Below, one piece after another: positions 7,261 to 16,213 of a stretch of 64,000 bases of DNA (its first letter is position 1; each line of letters opens with the position of its first letter). The stretch comes from an uncultured virus (IMG/VR IMGVR_UViG_3300030104_005222) (lineage: Duplodnaviria > Heunggongvirae > Uroviricota > Caudoviricetes), in the IMG/VR virus record IMGVR_UViG_3300030104_005222, positions 1 to 64,000 of that record. The stretch is one strand, 5' to 3'. The notes beneath the pieces were generated by a model, which was given only the letters and a program-made list of their open reading frames with translations, had not been told where the DNA came from and searched no databases. Position numbers and translations under genes: made by a program.

Positions 7261-8232
7261 TTAGTTACGTAGAAGTAATTCTTGTTCGATCATCGCAGTC
7301 TTTCTCAGACCGTCCATGATTTCGTCAAACGACCTGGGATCACCACCTTCCGTTGCTGCGGCTGTATCGGGCCCCATATTCATTAACTTCATGCCGTCAG
7401 GTACGGGCTCAGGTTCTAGTTCTGGTGCAGGCTCAGGTTCTGGTGCTGCGACTTCTTTAGGGTAGATACCGCGAAGCATTTGGATTGCACGTTCAGGTGG
7501 AATGTTTGCTCTCGCTAATTCACAGAACTCATCGAACGCTGTGTCGTTTTCGTAGATGTCGTTGTGTTCGCTGACGAGCCATTTTTCCAACGCGTCTACC
7601 TGTGACTCAGTTTGTTGGTTTTCAAACTGTTCCAGTTGCTGTTGTACTTGCGTGTACCGTTGTACTGCATCATCCCGATCTTTTGCGGCTTGCTCCATCG
7701 ATTCACCGTGCGAGCGTACAGCTTTTTCGTGGGCCGCTTCTGCTTCACGCCGTAAAGCACGCAAGGTAGCTTTATGAGCAATCTTTAATTCGTCGATCTC
7801 ACGTTGCTTCTCAACCATTGGGTTGATGTCGCCATTAAGCCAACGTTGAACACGAAGTTCTTGGTCACGAACCTCTTTAAGCATTTCATCGGCTTCACGT
7901 CGTTGTTTCGCTAACTCTTGGTATTTACCTGTGTAGCCGCGTTGCCAGTTTTGATACTTATCTTCGACACCCTTTAAGATTGCGTCTCGTTGAGTTTCAT
8001 TGAGACCATGAAGCCAATCGGCAGATCGAAGACTTTCAAACTCCCCGTTCCAGTCAAAGACTTCAGGGACGTCAACTTCTTCTTCAACTTCGACTGGAGT
8101 GACATCTTCAATTGTATCTGCGGCCACATCCACAGGCTCAGAGGCACTTGTTTCAACTTCAGCCTCGCTGCCCCCTTCGGGTGCAGCTTCGGCAGATACG
8201 GTCTCAACCGCCTCATTATCTTCGTTCCACAT
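7261..8232 (-). CDS. capsid scaffolding protein
   Basis: Acidic N-terminus, QRGYTGKYQELA motif (like DYTRKTQELA), coiled coil; last gene of the portal operon. Confidence 0.7.
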   Translation of the reverse strand: MWNEDNEAVETVSAEAAPEGGSEAEVETSASEPVDVAADTIEDVTPVEVEEEVDVPEVFDWNGEFESLRSADWLHGLNETQRDAILKGVEDKYQNWQRGYTGKYQELAKQRREADEMLKEVRDQELRVQRWLNGDINPMVEKQREIDELKIAHKATLRALRREAEAAHEKAVRSHGESMEQAAKDRDDAVQRYTQVQQQLEQFENQQTESQVDALEKWLVSEHNDIYENDTAFDEFCELARANIPPERAIQMLRGIYPKEVAAPEPEPAPELEPEPVPDGMKLMNMGPDTAAATEGGDPRSFDEIMDGLRKTAMIEQELLLRN

Positions 8233-8235
8233 TTA

Positions 8236-8709
8236 TTACATACCTCCTGGTGGCATCATTTCGGGTGCCATTCCTTCAGCCGCCATTCCTTCAGCCGCAC
8301 CCATCATAGGTGCTTCAGGTTCTGGCTGGTTTTCCATGCTTCGCGCCGCAATGACTTCGAGTTGCATTAGAATATCGAAATCTTCTGCGATCATCTTTGC
8401 CAAGTCGGCGGGTGTTTTGTTCTTAGTTGATTCTAATTCTTGCGCAGCAGCAAAAAGCATTTCAGCGCGTTCGGCGGTGACACCCAAAGTTTCCTCAAGG
8501 GGAGACAAATCTTGCTGTATACCTTGAGCTTCTTGTTCTCCCTCAGGCTGCGCGCCTTCACCTTCATTTATATCGCCAAGCGCTGAGTCCAACTGACCAA
8601 TCAGCTCGTCAACTCTTGCTTTATCGCCCTGCATTTGAGCCATGTTTTCGTCCTGCATCATGCCAGGTTCAGCCTCGGCAGGTTTTTTCATTTGATCTTC
8701 AGCGGCCAT
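8236..8709 (-). CDS. acidic Met/Glu-rich hypothetical protein
   Basis: GGAG RBS, in the portal operon. Confidence 0.65.
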   Translation of the reverse strand: MAAEDQMKKPAEAEPGMMQDENMAQMQGDKARVDELIGQLDSALGDINEGEGAQPEGEQEAQGIQQDLSPLEETLGVTAERAEMLFAAAQELESTKNKTPADLAKMIAEDFDILMQLEVIAARSMENQPEPEAPMMGAAEGMAAEGMAPEMMPPGGM

Positions 8710-8742
8710 GAGTGCTCCTACGCGGCATTGTACCGCTATGGT

Positions 8743-9000
8743 TTAGTGTAATTCAAGTGATTCTGCAACATCAAGGTCGGGGTCAGCTAGTTCAAACGCG
8801 GCGTCGACTCCAATCGCCCGAATAAACTTGTTTGGGAGTGACCGACGTTCCCCTGATGTCCGATCTTCATAAACAACTGAGTCTCTTATCGTGTCTTCTT
8901 TTACACGACGAAAGCTGCGCTCAGTTTTATTTGCTTTGTGTTGGGCGTACTCAACCGCTTCAATGTCAGACAATAAATTTTTAAGTGCTGCGCGTGGCAT
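8743..9000 (-). CDS. hypothetical protein
   Basis: ORF packed in the operon with AGGAG RBS. Confidence 0.6.
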   Translation of the reverse strand: MPRAALKNLLSDIEAVEYAQHKANKTERSFRRVKEDTIRDSVVYEDRTSGERRSLPNKFIRAIGVDAAFELADPDLDVAESLELH

Positions 9001-9001
9001 A

Positions 9002-9448
9002 CTATTTCTCCTGAGGTTTTGCGGGAAGACTACCTTCAGCTTTTTTCTGTTTGTATGCCGTGTTGATTTCTTTTAGCATTTGATCATCGCAACTACGAGC
9101 CTTCTTTCTCTTCCAACTGTTGTGTCGAATTGTATCAAGTCTATCAGCTTTTTGTGCGTGTGTTTCTTCTTGGATGTTTACTCGTTTACCTGGAAATCTT
9201 TTTTCTATGGTAGCGATGCAACGGTCGTAGTCTTCTTTGGTTTCTGCTTTGCCGAGTACGCCAAAGTCGACTGCGGCGAATGAACCTGGTCCTTGGCCGT
9301 GGATCGCAAAACTAAATCCGCGAAAACTCATCTTGCGTTCGCTGCCGCATTTCGGACAATCATCGGGTCCATCGGCTCGTTTGTACATGGCTTCGTGTTC
9401 AAAGTAATCGCAGCCCGTACACTCTACGTTGTTGATTATGTAACTCAT
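9002..9448 (-). CDS. FmdB-like zinc-ribbon protein
   Basis: ECTGC...CPKCGS. Confidence 0.65.
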   Translation of the reverse strand: MSYIINNVECTGCDYFEHEAMYKRADGPDDCPKCGSERKMSFRGFSFAIHGQGPGSFAAVDFGVLGKAETKEDYDRCIATIEKRFPGKRVNIQEETHAQKADRLDTIRHNSWKRKKARSCDDQMLKEINTAYKQKKAEGSLPAKPQEK

Positions 9449-9453
9449 TTACC

Positions 9454-9816
9454 CTACTTTTTGATTGTAGCTTCAACAGCCTTTTTGGCTCTTTTAGCGC
9501 GCCGCCGATTCCTAAATTTAGTAATCACTTCTCCGGTCGGGCTCACTTCTGCGCGCTTGTATTTCATGCCCCCACCAAATGTGCTGATACCCACACGACC
9601 TGACTTACCGCCATCATCATCACTAACTAACAGTACATCCTCAGACTGTTTGCCTCTACGACCACCGCCTGTTTGTTTGCGGTATGAGATGTCACGGCCA
9701 CCTGCTTCAGGTACGTTGGTTTGTGTTCCCTGTTGTGTGACTCGATTAACGGATCTTTTTTTGTTTCCCGTGCGTTGTTCGGTTGTGACTGTGTCATCTA
9801 TTTTTATTTTACTCAT
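9454..9816 (-). CDS. basic hypothetical protein
   Basis: Lys/Arg-rich ORF coupled to its neighbours. Confidence 0.55.
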   Translation of the reverse strand: MSKIKIDDTVTTEQRTGNKKRSVNRVTQQGTQTNVPEAGGRDISYRKQTGGGRRGKQSEDVLLVSDDDGGKSGRVGISTFGGGMKYKRAEVSPTGEVITKFRNRRRAKRAKKAVEATIKK

Positions 9817-10067
9817 GCCGTCCCTGACCTGTTTTTATCTTTGTGGAGTTCGTGTTTGGCGAATTGTTCACCCTTCGCCGTCGCTGCTCGCTTTTTGCGG
9901 TTGGCTTTCCTAAGTTTTTTCCGACCTTCGCGAGATGCTTTAAGAGCCTTAATCGTTTTTTCCGGTGCGTATACTTCGCCCGTTTCGCTGCTTTTCTTGC
10001 CTGAGGGGGTTCGCCATTTCTGCTTACCCCATGTTTTCAACGCTTTTTGAACTTTTTTAAGAGCCAT
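9813..10067 (-). CDS. small basic conserved phage protein (KQKWRT.SGK.S..TGE.Y.P family)
   Basis: Motif seen in many aquatic phages; TGATG overlap with the upstream gene. Confidence 0.65.
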   Translation of the reverse strand: MALKKVQKALKTWGKQKWRTPSGKKSSETGEVYAPEKTIKALKASREGRKKLRKANRKKRAATAKGEQFAKHELHKDKNRSGTA

Positions 10068-10300
10068 CACGTATATCCCCCGCCAGCAGCCTTGTACTGT
10101 TTGGCGAGCATCTGAGCTTTTCGTGCCGACCATTGCCCTGGTCTACCGCCCTTGTTTCCAGCTTTAATTTTGTTGAACAAACGTTTACGCATCGTAGGCT
10201 TGGTGTAGTTACCTGCCTCGTTTACGCGGCTCTTTCCTTTTTTACGTGCTTTGACGGCTTTGCGTAACTTCGAACGTTTTGCTTTTCGTTTATCGGCCAT
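10067..10300 (-). CDS. small basic protein, DUF5872-like
   Basis: NYTKPTMRKRLF..IKAG.KGG.PGQWSARKAQMLA..YK..GGGY. Confidence 0.7.
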   Translation of the reverse strand: MADKRKAKRSKLRKAVKARKKGKSRVNEAGNYTKPTMRKRLFNKIKAGNKGGRPGQWSARKAQMLAKQYKAAGGGYT

Positions 10301-10608
10301 TACCATTTCACCTTGTCAGCCCAGTAAGCGGCACTCATTTTACCCTTGGCAATGTTTTTTGCGTGGCGAGACTTAAAGCTTTTCCGCTTTTTCTTCATCC
10401 GGTCGCCTTCACCTTTCTTTGGCTTACCCGCTGTGCTTGCGCCCTGCTCGCCAAACCGAATCAACTTGAGTCGGCTACCCTCTTGGGCCAATACGATGTG
10501 ACTTTTCTTTGGGTGATCGGGTGTGCGCTTTGTTTTATTGACGCCACTCAAACGGTGTTTTTTTAGTAGTGCCGCTTTACGCAGTTTGTCTCGTTTTGAA
10601 AGTGCCAC
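10300..10608 (-). CDS. small basic conserved phage protein
   Basis: NK.KRTP.HP.KSH.VLA..G...KLIRFG.QG...SFKSRH.KNI.KGKMSAAYWA.KVKW. Confidence 0.7.
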   Translation of the reverse strand: MALSKRDKLRKAALLKKHRLSGVNKTKRTPDHPKKSHIVLAQEGSRLKLIRFGEQGASTAGKPKKGEGDRMKKKRKSFKSRHAKNIAKGKMSAAYWADKVKW

Positions 10609-10622
10609 GCCTCACTCCTACA

Positions 10623-12407
10623 CTACTCTCTAATTGGTGCGCCACCGCCACCAGGTAGGGCGTCTTCTGTTGGAGCCTCGCCCTGTTCACCGGCTTTCTG
10701 TTGTGCAATAGCCAAGACCATTTCTTCAGCCTCTTCAGGCGGTAACTGAGCCAGCACTTGCTGAAGTTGTGCGGCTTCCTGCGCCTCCATCGCGGGCCTA
10801 CCTGCTGCAGCACCACCAAGACTGGCCTGCTGTTGAGCCATCATCATCTGCTGTTCTTGCGCTGCTGCCGCTTGTTGTTGTGCCAACAACTCTGCTTCGG
10901 GTACAAGTATGCGGCTTGGTAGTCCAAGGTTTCCGAGGATTTCTTCCGTCAGCCGCCGCACATCGACGTTCTGGTTCTGAGACAGGAATGGCAACATTTG
11001 AATCAATGTTTCGGCCATCATTCCAGGGTTACGTCTAATTGGGTTGTGTCCTACCATTCTGAAATCGACATCAATTTCAATCAGATCTTTATGACTCAAC
11101 TCTTCCCACTTACTGCTACCTGAAATGCGAATAAGACGTGAGTCTTTCATGTATTTCTTGCACAGATAGAAAACTTTCTTTGCGACATCTTCGAGGGCGT
11201 CGTTCAAGTGCCCTTCGCGAGTGGCAAGTCGGGTGCGCAGTTGAGCATCGATGATTGCCATTTCAGTTGCCGTCCGTGCTCCAGCAACCTGACCCCGAGC
11301 AGCCTCAGCCAAGGCAGAGATAAATGCGGCATCGTCTTCTTGGCGCGCAATAAATTCTTTGACTCCAGCAGGACTGCTTGGAATGGGCATTTCATAGAAC
11401 AATGTCGCAAGACTTCGAAGCGCGTCACTATTCGAAGGATTGATACCTACGTATGACCCGGCTGCAGCCTCAACAGCTTTGTTCAGGTTTTCCTCTGTGA
11501 TTCGACCTGAGTCATACATGACGCGGGGGATCTGCAGATATGTAATCTGCTTCATGTGCGTAAGTAAATCGTTGATGGTCTCTTGCTGTTTCAACACCAA
11601 TTGAACTTCGCTTAGTCCGGTGCAATCAATCCCAGATTGATTGAGTGTGAACATCGAATACGGCACGTAGTCAATCTTGTCTTCAAAGACGATTGAGTCA
11701 GCCTGTTTGATGTAGTGTTGTGTCAGACCTCGTTCACGATCGTAGTATTCGTAGACAGTGACCCAACGGAACGCATCGCGTACGTGGTTCGTTTTATCGC
11801 GTTGGTTCTCGTCCAGTAACCACTTCGGGTACCTGTCGGGCTTGACCTCTTTAGCCAACTCCGATTTATACTGACCTGACTTTACGCGAGACTTAAATTC
11901 GTCGAATGAAATAACTGTGGCTTCAATCCAGTATCTAATATCGTCTGGATCTCTAACAGTGAGATCGAAGAATATGCTTGATGGATTAATCGCACGAATG
12001 ATTGGGATGTCTTTCTTGGCGTCCCAACCCGTTTTGAAGATTCCGCGCTTACACAGAACCGCATCAATCAGTGTTGTTGCAGCTTTACGTCTGAATCGAT
12101 TGCTTTCGAAAACGTACTCAATCAATCCTGTGACTGCGGGTGCTGCGTTCTCTGATACGGGCGTTCGCGCTACAGCACCCACGGATGGGTTTGGTCCGAG
12201 CAGTGCACTGACGGCTGTGTCTGCGATAGCGTAAATTAAATTCTTTGAGCAAAGATAAGAAGAGTCACTAAGACCTTGAATATCGCTATCACTACTGGAA
12301 TAGAAGTTACCTCGATAAAAGCGCCTCGCTTTATCGAAGTCCTTCTTTTCGGCGCGCTTGTAGTAATCCAGGTGCCGATCGATCAATTTTGACAGCTTCG
12401 AGGCCAT
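10623..12407 (-). CDS. portal protein
   Basis: 594 aa, downstream of the terminase, RTATE motif, Gln-rich C-terminal tail typical of podovirus-type portals. Confidence 0.8.
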   Translation of the reverse strand: MASKLSKLIDRHLDYYKRAEKKDFDKARRFYRGNFYSSSDSDIQGLSDSSYLCSKNLIYAIADTAVSALLGPNPSVGAVARTPVSENAAPAVTGLIEYVFESNRFRRKAATTLIDAVLCKRGIFKTGWDAKKDIPIIRAINPSSIFFDLTVRDPDDIRYWIEATVISFDEFKSRVKSGQYKSELAKEVKPDRYPKWLLDENQRDKTNHVRDAFRWVTVYEYYDRERGLTQHYIKQADSIVFEDKIDYVPYSMFTLNQSGIDCTGLSEVQLVLKQQETINDLLTHMKQITYLQIPRVMYDSGRITEENLNKAVEAAAGSYVGINPSNSDALRSLATLFYEMPIPSSPAGVKEFIARQEDDAAFISALAEAARGQVAGARTATEMAIIDAQLRTRLATREGHLNDALEDVAKKVFYLCKKYMKDSRLIRISGSSKWEELSHKDLIEIDVDFRMVGHNPIRRNPGMMAETLIQMLPFLSQNQNVDVRRLTEEILGNLGLPSRILVPEAELLAQQQAAAAQEQQMMMAQQQASLGGAAAGRPAMEAQEAAQLQQVLAQLPPEEAEEMVLAIAQQKAGEQGEAPTEDALPGGGGAPIRE

Positions 12408-12422
12408 AATCAGTTCTTACTC

Positions 12423-12695
12423 TTATCCAGTTACTGGCGGCATATCGAATTTAGGCTTGGTCAATTCCTTCAATTTCTTTCGGTCTTCTGCTTCTTTTTC
12501 TTTGTCGACAGCAGACACTTCTTTTTTCTCGGTAGCAGGCACTTCTTTTTTCTCGGTCTCTTTGCCCGACTCAAGCTCTTTTTTCTGCTCTTCTGGGCTT
12601 AAAGCTTTCTTGCGCTCGGCTTCAGCCTTGTCTTTTTTTGCGGCTGCTTTTTTTGCCGTGTCCATTGCTTGCTTAAAATCTGCGGGTTCAGCCAT
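12423..12695 (-). CDS. charged low-complexity protein
   Basis: Lys/Glu-rich ORF between terminase and portal with a repeated TEKKEV. Confidence 0.6.
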   Translation of the reverse strand: MAEPADFKQAMDTAKKAAAKKDKAEAERKKALSPEEQKKELESGKETEKKEVPATEKKEVSAVDKEKEAEDRKKLKELTKPKFDMPPVTG

Positions 12696-12696
12696 G

Positions 12697-14358
12697 TTAT
12701 TTCCATATTTGTGATGCGGGTTTGAAGGGAGTTTTAGAGGCTCTTATTTTTTGCGACTTAATTCTGTCGAGTTGTTTGATAGTAACCTGTCCCGGTAAGT
12801 ACTCGGATTCTACAACAGATCGTTGCTGTGTGAAATGTCTCTTTGCTAAAATATCTGCAGCCATAACCGCTGTTCTTGCGCGGTCAAAGTGGTGTACAGT
12901 TCCGTCCTCTCCACGAACACGCTTTTTACGTGTGCCGTCATAGTTGAGTAGTTGGTGTAACATACCACGACTTCGGATGCTTAAATCCCTTTCGCGGAGC
13001 ATTTGCACGAGTCTTGCTTCAGCTTCTTGTAGTCGTTTCTGTGTGGCGTACCATCCTGGGTGGTTGCTATCGGTCCACAAAAGGTTTCGTGTTCCTTGGT
13101 CTTTTAGTATTGCGATACATGCTGTTGCATTTGATTCCACCGCCAGGAGGGCTCCCAAGTATCGCTTTTGTACGGTCTTCAGTCGTTGCGCAAACTTATC
13201 TGGAGCTTCGCGATCCTCCCAGAATGCGATCTCTTTCCATTCTAAGGCATCCCACACAGTAAGCGCCGACTTGTCACCAGTACTTCCGAAGCCTGCCGGG
13301 TCGGCTGTGACTATGTATTTATGGCCGGGTTTTGGTGGTTCAAATTCATGGCATCCATATGAACCTAACGATGGTTCCTGGTCGGCTACGTCGAGTAGTG
13401 GTTTCAGAATCTCTGCGGGCATGACGGGGTTTGTGCTACCAAGCCAGCCATCGTATGCATCAGATGGATACTTACAGGAAAACAGACGTGTATCACCGAC
13501 AAATTCTGTGTTTAATCCTCGTCGTCTGAATGCAAGATTGTGCGCGTTCATTCCTGGATGACGACTCAGGTACTCCAATTCACTTGACGTGGGCTTAAAT
13601 GTTTCATCTTTTTCTTGGCAACTTTCATCCTCCCACCACTCCAAAAACAGTGGGTGAAATCGACTGTTGCCCTCCAAGGCTGAGCGCCACATTTGTTCGT
13701 GATGTGATCCGGCTCGACCAGGGGTAGACTCTAAAATAACTTTTGCGTTTGGTCGTTTGTTTACCGTCGGGAAAATATTGATCGCAGCCTTTCGCTGCCA
13801 TTGAGCCTCACCGAATTCCGTAATGACCAGACGGTCAATTGACCGACCAATGGCAGGGCTACGACCACCGGCAGTAAGAACTTTAATCCCTCCGCCGTGA
13901 ATGAATTGCATTTGCGTTGCTCCTGCTTTTCGGCCAGGAGCCAAAGGCATCCGCACGTCGTCAGGTAGACGCTGATAGGCAAAGAGAATCCTTTCGAAGA
14001 TGTCTTCTGCCGTGTCTTGTCTTTCCGCAATTAGCAGCCCCTTTACGCCACTGAGATACATACAATCTCTAAGAAGCAGCATAACAGAAACAGTAGTAAT
14101 CTTTGCTTGTCGGAATTTGTTTACCATCAACCAACGGTTTTCATCGTAAGCGCGCAAAAGTTTTTTCTGAGTGTGTGTCGGGTTCATATACCCTGTAGAC
14201 TCGTCTTCTCTGACGATCTGACACATCGAAACAAATGACTCAGGCGTTGAAAACAAAGCACGTACTTTGCCGTCATGTATTCCAGGTGCGGTCGCGTAAT
14301 CAGCACCAGAAGATTTAGATTTTTTGCGCTTTTTATTTCGTGCGGTATTTGTTGCCAT
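12697..14358 (-). CDS. terL: terminase large subunit
   Basis: KFRQAKITT Walker A-like, LVITEF Walker B-like, ESTP motif III, nuclease residues in ADPAG..GD.SA and VESN. Confidence 0.9.
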   Translation of the reverse strand: MATNTARNKKRKKSKSSGADYATAPGIHDGKVRALFSTPESFVSMCQIVREDESTGYMNPTHTQKKLLRAYDENRWLMVNKFRQAKITTVSVMLLLRDCMYLSGVKGLLIAERQDTAEDIFERILFAYQRLPDDVRMPLAPGRKAGATQMQFIHGGGIKVLTAGGRSPAIGRSIDRLVITEFGEAQWQRKAAINIFPTVNKRPNAKVILESTPGRAGSHHEQMWRSALEGNSRFHPLFLEWWEDESCQEKDETFKPTSSELEYLSRHPGMNAHNLAFRRRGLNTEFVGDTRLFSCKYPSDAYDGWLGSTNPVMPAEILKPLLDVADQEPSLGSYGCHEFEPPKPGHKYIVTADPAGFGSTGDKSALTVWDALEWKEIAFWEDREAPDKFAQRLKTVQKRYLGALLAVESNATACIAILKDQGTRNLLWTDSNHPGWYATQKRLQEAEARLVQMLRERDLSIRSRGMLHQLLNYDGTRKKRVRGEDGTVHHFDRARTAVMAADILAKRHFTQQRSVVESEYLPGQVTIKQLDRIKSQKIRASKTPFKPASQIWK

Positions 14359-14438
14359 ATCGGTATTGTATCATGCACCGTCAAATCTGCCGAGGTTGCA
14401 CGGTTAGGATAAAAGTTTACAAATATAAAATCCGTACC

Positions 14439-14467
14439 TTGCAACACTTTATTGTGTGTTGTATACA
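14439..14467 (+). promoter_or_regulatory. sigma70-like promoter upstream of the capsid gene
   Basis: TTGCAA-N17-TATACA in the divergent intergenic region. Confidence 0.45.
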
Positions 14468-14573
14468 GAAAGAGCACCCAAGTTAGATGTGTCGGGTAGC
14501 CTTTGGGTCCGACTTAAGCATCACGGGCAGGCGAAAAGTGTTTTTATTCTAATTATTTCTAAGCGAGAACAAA

Positions 14574-15638
14574 ATGACTATCAGTACTGAATTGCTGAAT
14601 ACTACGTTCGCGGATCTCCGTGGGCCTCTGGTAAATTCGTTTGTTCGTAGCAATGAGCTGTTCGAAGCACTTAACTCGAAAGCACGTATGCCCATGGAAG
14701 GCGGAACAAAGATTGAACGTTCCTTTTCCGGTGGTGCACCTGCTCGTGGTGTTGGTGTCTACGTCGGTGACGAGCTACTGAACATGACCCGTCGTCAACA
14801 AATCCGTAAGTTCGAAGTTGAGCCCCATCGTATCGTTATGGCAATCAACATTCCCAAGCGGGAACTGAACCAAAACAGCGGAAAGTTGGCGGTTATCCGA
14901 CTCATCGAAGAGTATCCTCAAACCGCAATGGAAGCTGCTAAGGCTGACTTGAACAAATTCCTTCTCACTGGTGTGAGTCGTGGACTTGCTTTCAACACGT
15001 CTGAACTTCTGGGTATGTTGACACTCAACGGTCGTCATACCTCTGGTATTGGCGCTGGTGTAAGCGACGGTCTTCTTGACTTTATTGCACCCGCTTCTCA
15101 GACTGACACTGTTCAATCGGTGGCCAAGAGCAGCAGCTACTTCCACTTCAACCAGTACAACGACATTGGTCTTTTTAGTTCCGATGGAATGACGCAACTT
15201 CGCAAGACCTACCGTCAGTGTTCGCACTATGCCGGTGGCGTTGGTAAGGGTCCAGACATGATTATCATGGATGATGACACCTACACAAACTTCGAAGACG
15301 AGCGCAGCCAAAATGTCCGCGTGACACTTGTTGATGACAAGGTTGACAAGAGCAACACCCTGGGTCTTAACCTTGGTCTTGCTTCTGTTACTTCGTCAAT
15401 CGACTTGGATCGCACAGACACGACTGCTTTCGGTTCCCTGACTCCTGAGTCAGGTGGCGTCACCTACATGCTCAACACGGACTACATCGAGTTCCCAATG
15501 CTTGAAGCCCCGAACATCTCGGAATTCAAGGAGCGGGTTGGCGATCAAGACGTGGTAACTGCTATCTTCGCAATGCAAGGCAACATGATCTGCACTAAGC
15601 TTCCGGCTCAGGGTTGTGTGTCTGGCGGTGCGGCTTAA
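14574..15638 (+). CDS. major capsid protein
   Basis: 354 aa; LNTTF.DL...L.NS...SN.LF..L...A...EGG..I N-terminus, PDMIIMD and YMLNTDYI; first gene of the structural operon. Confidence 0.85.
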   Translation: MTISTELLNTTFADLRGPLVNSFVRSNELFEALNSKARMPMEGGTKIERSFSGGAPARGVGVYVGDELLNMTRRQQIRKFEVEPHRIVMAINIPKRELNQNSGKLAVIRLIEEYPQTAMEAAKADLNKFLLTGVSRGLAFNTSELLGMLTLNGRHTSGIGAGVSDGLLDFIAPASQTDTVQSVAKSSSYFHFNQYNDIGLFSSDGMTQLRKTYRQCSHYAGGVGKGPDMIIMDDDTYTNFEDERSQNVRVTLVDDKVDKSNTLGLNLGLASVTSSIDLDRTDTTAFGSLTPESGGVTYMLNTDYIEFPMLEAPNISEFKERVGDQDVVTAIFAMQGNMICTKLPAQGCVSGGAA

Positions 15639-15649
15639 GGAGGTACATT

Positions 15650-16144
15650 ATGGCATATGGAAATCAATTCAAGGCTACGCCTATCAGCAGCATTACGACT
15701 GCGGATACCGCTCAACTTTATCCACTGGGTTCAACTTATCTTGAGCCAGCGGATGAGGTAGTTGCGAACGACAGCTCTCATGAGGGTGATCGTTTGTGGG
15801 TATACGTTAAGGGTGGTTCTGGTGGCATCACCACACAATCAGTAGTTGCTCGCGCTACGGGCACTTCTCCGTTTACGGGGATTATTGGTGTCGCAGCTAA
15901 CACTGCAGTTGAGGTTATTGGCGTCTCAACGTATGCGATTGCTGCTGACTCTTATGGTTGGGTTATTCGTCGCGGCTGTGCCGAGGCTGATGGTAATTCT
16001 GTTACTCAAGGAGTAGACATTGTACCTGCGGCTGATGGCGAGGTTAACGACACTGGCGGTGCCGGTGCTGAAGACCACATTATCGGTACAGCGTTGGATG
16101 CTGCGTCTGGGGCTGTTGGGACGGTGTTTCTAACACTCGCGTAG
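15650..16144 (+). CDS. capsid cement/decoration protein
   Basis: TAAGGAGG RBS directly after the MCP; YPLGS...WVYVK...AIAADSYGWV..RG pattern. Confidence 0.65.
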   Translation: MAYGNQFKATPISSITTADTAQLYPLGSTYLEPADEVVANDSSHEGDRLWVYVKGGSGGITTQSVVARATGTSPFTGIIGVAANTAVEVIGVSTYAIAADSYGWVIRRGCAEADGNSVTQGVDIVPAADGEVNDTGGAGAEDHIIGTALDAASGAVGTVFLTLA

Positions 16145-16165
16145 TACCTACTTCGTGATACACTT

Positions 16166-16204
16166 AGGGGGCGTGGCTTTCGGGCTCCGCCCCCTTCGTC
16201 TTTT
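16166..16204 (+). terminator. terminator after the capsid genes
   Basis: GGGGGCG...TTCG...CGCCCCC stem followed by TTCGTCTTTT. Confidence 0.7.
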
Positions 16205-16213
16205 GGAGGCTCT

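Noticed and set aside
7207..14573. Active invertible segment (phase variation)
   Set aside because: No flanking inverted repeats or recombinase seen
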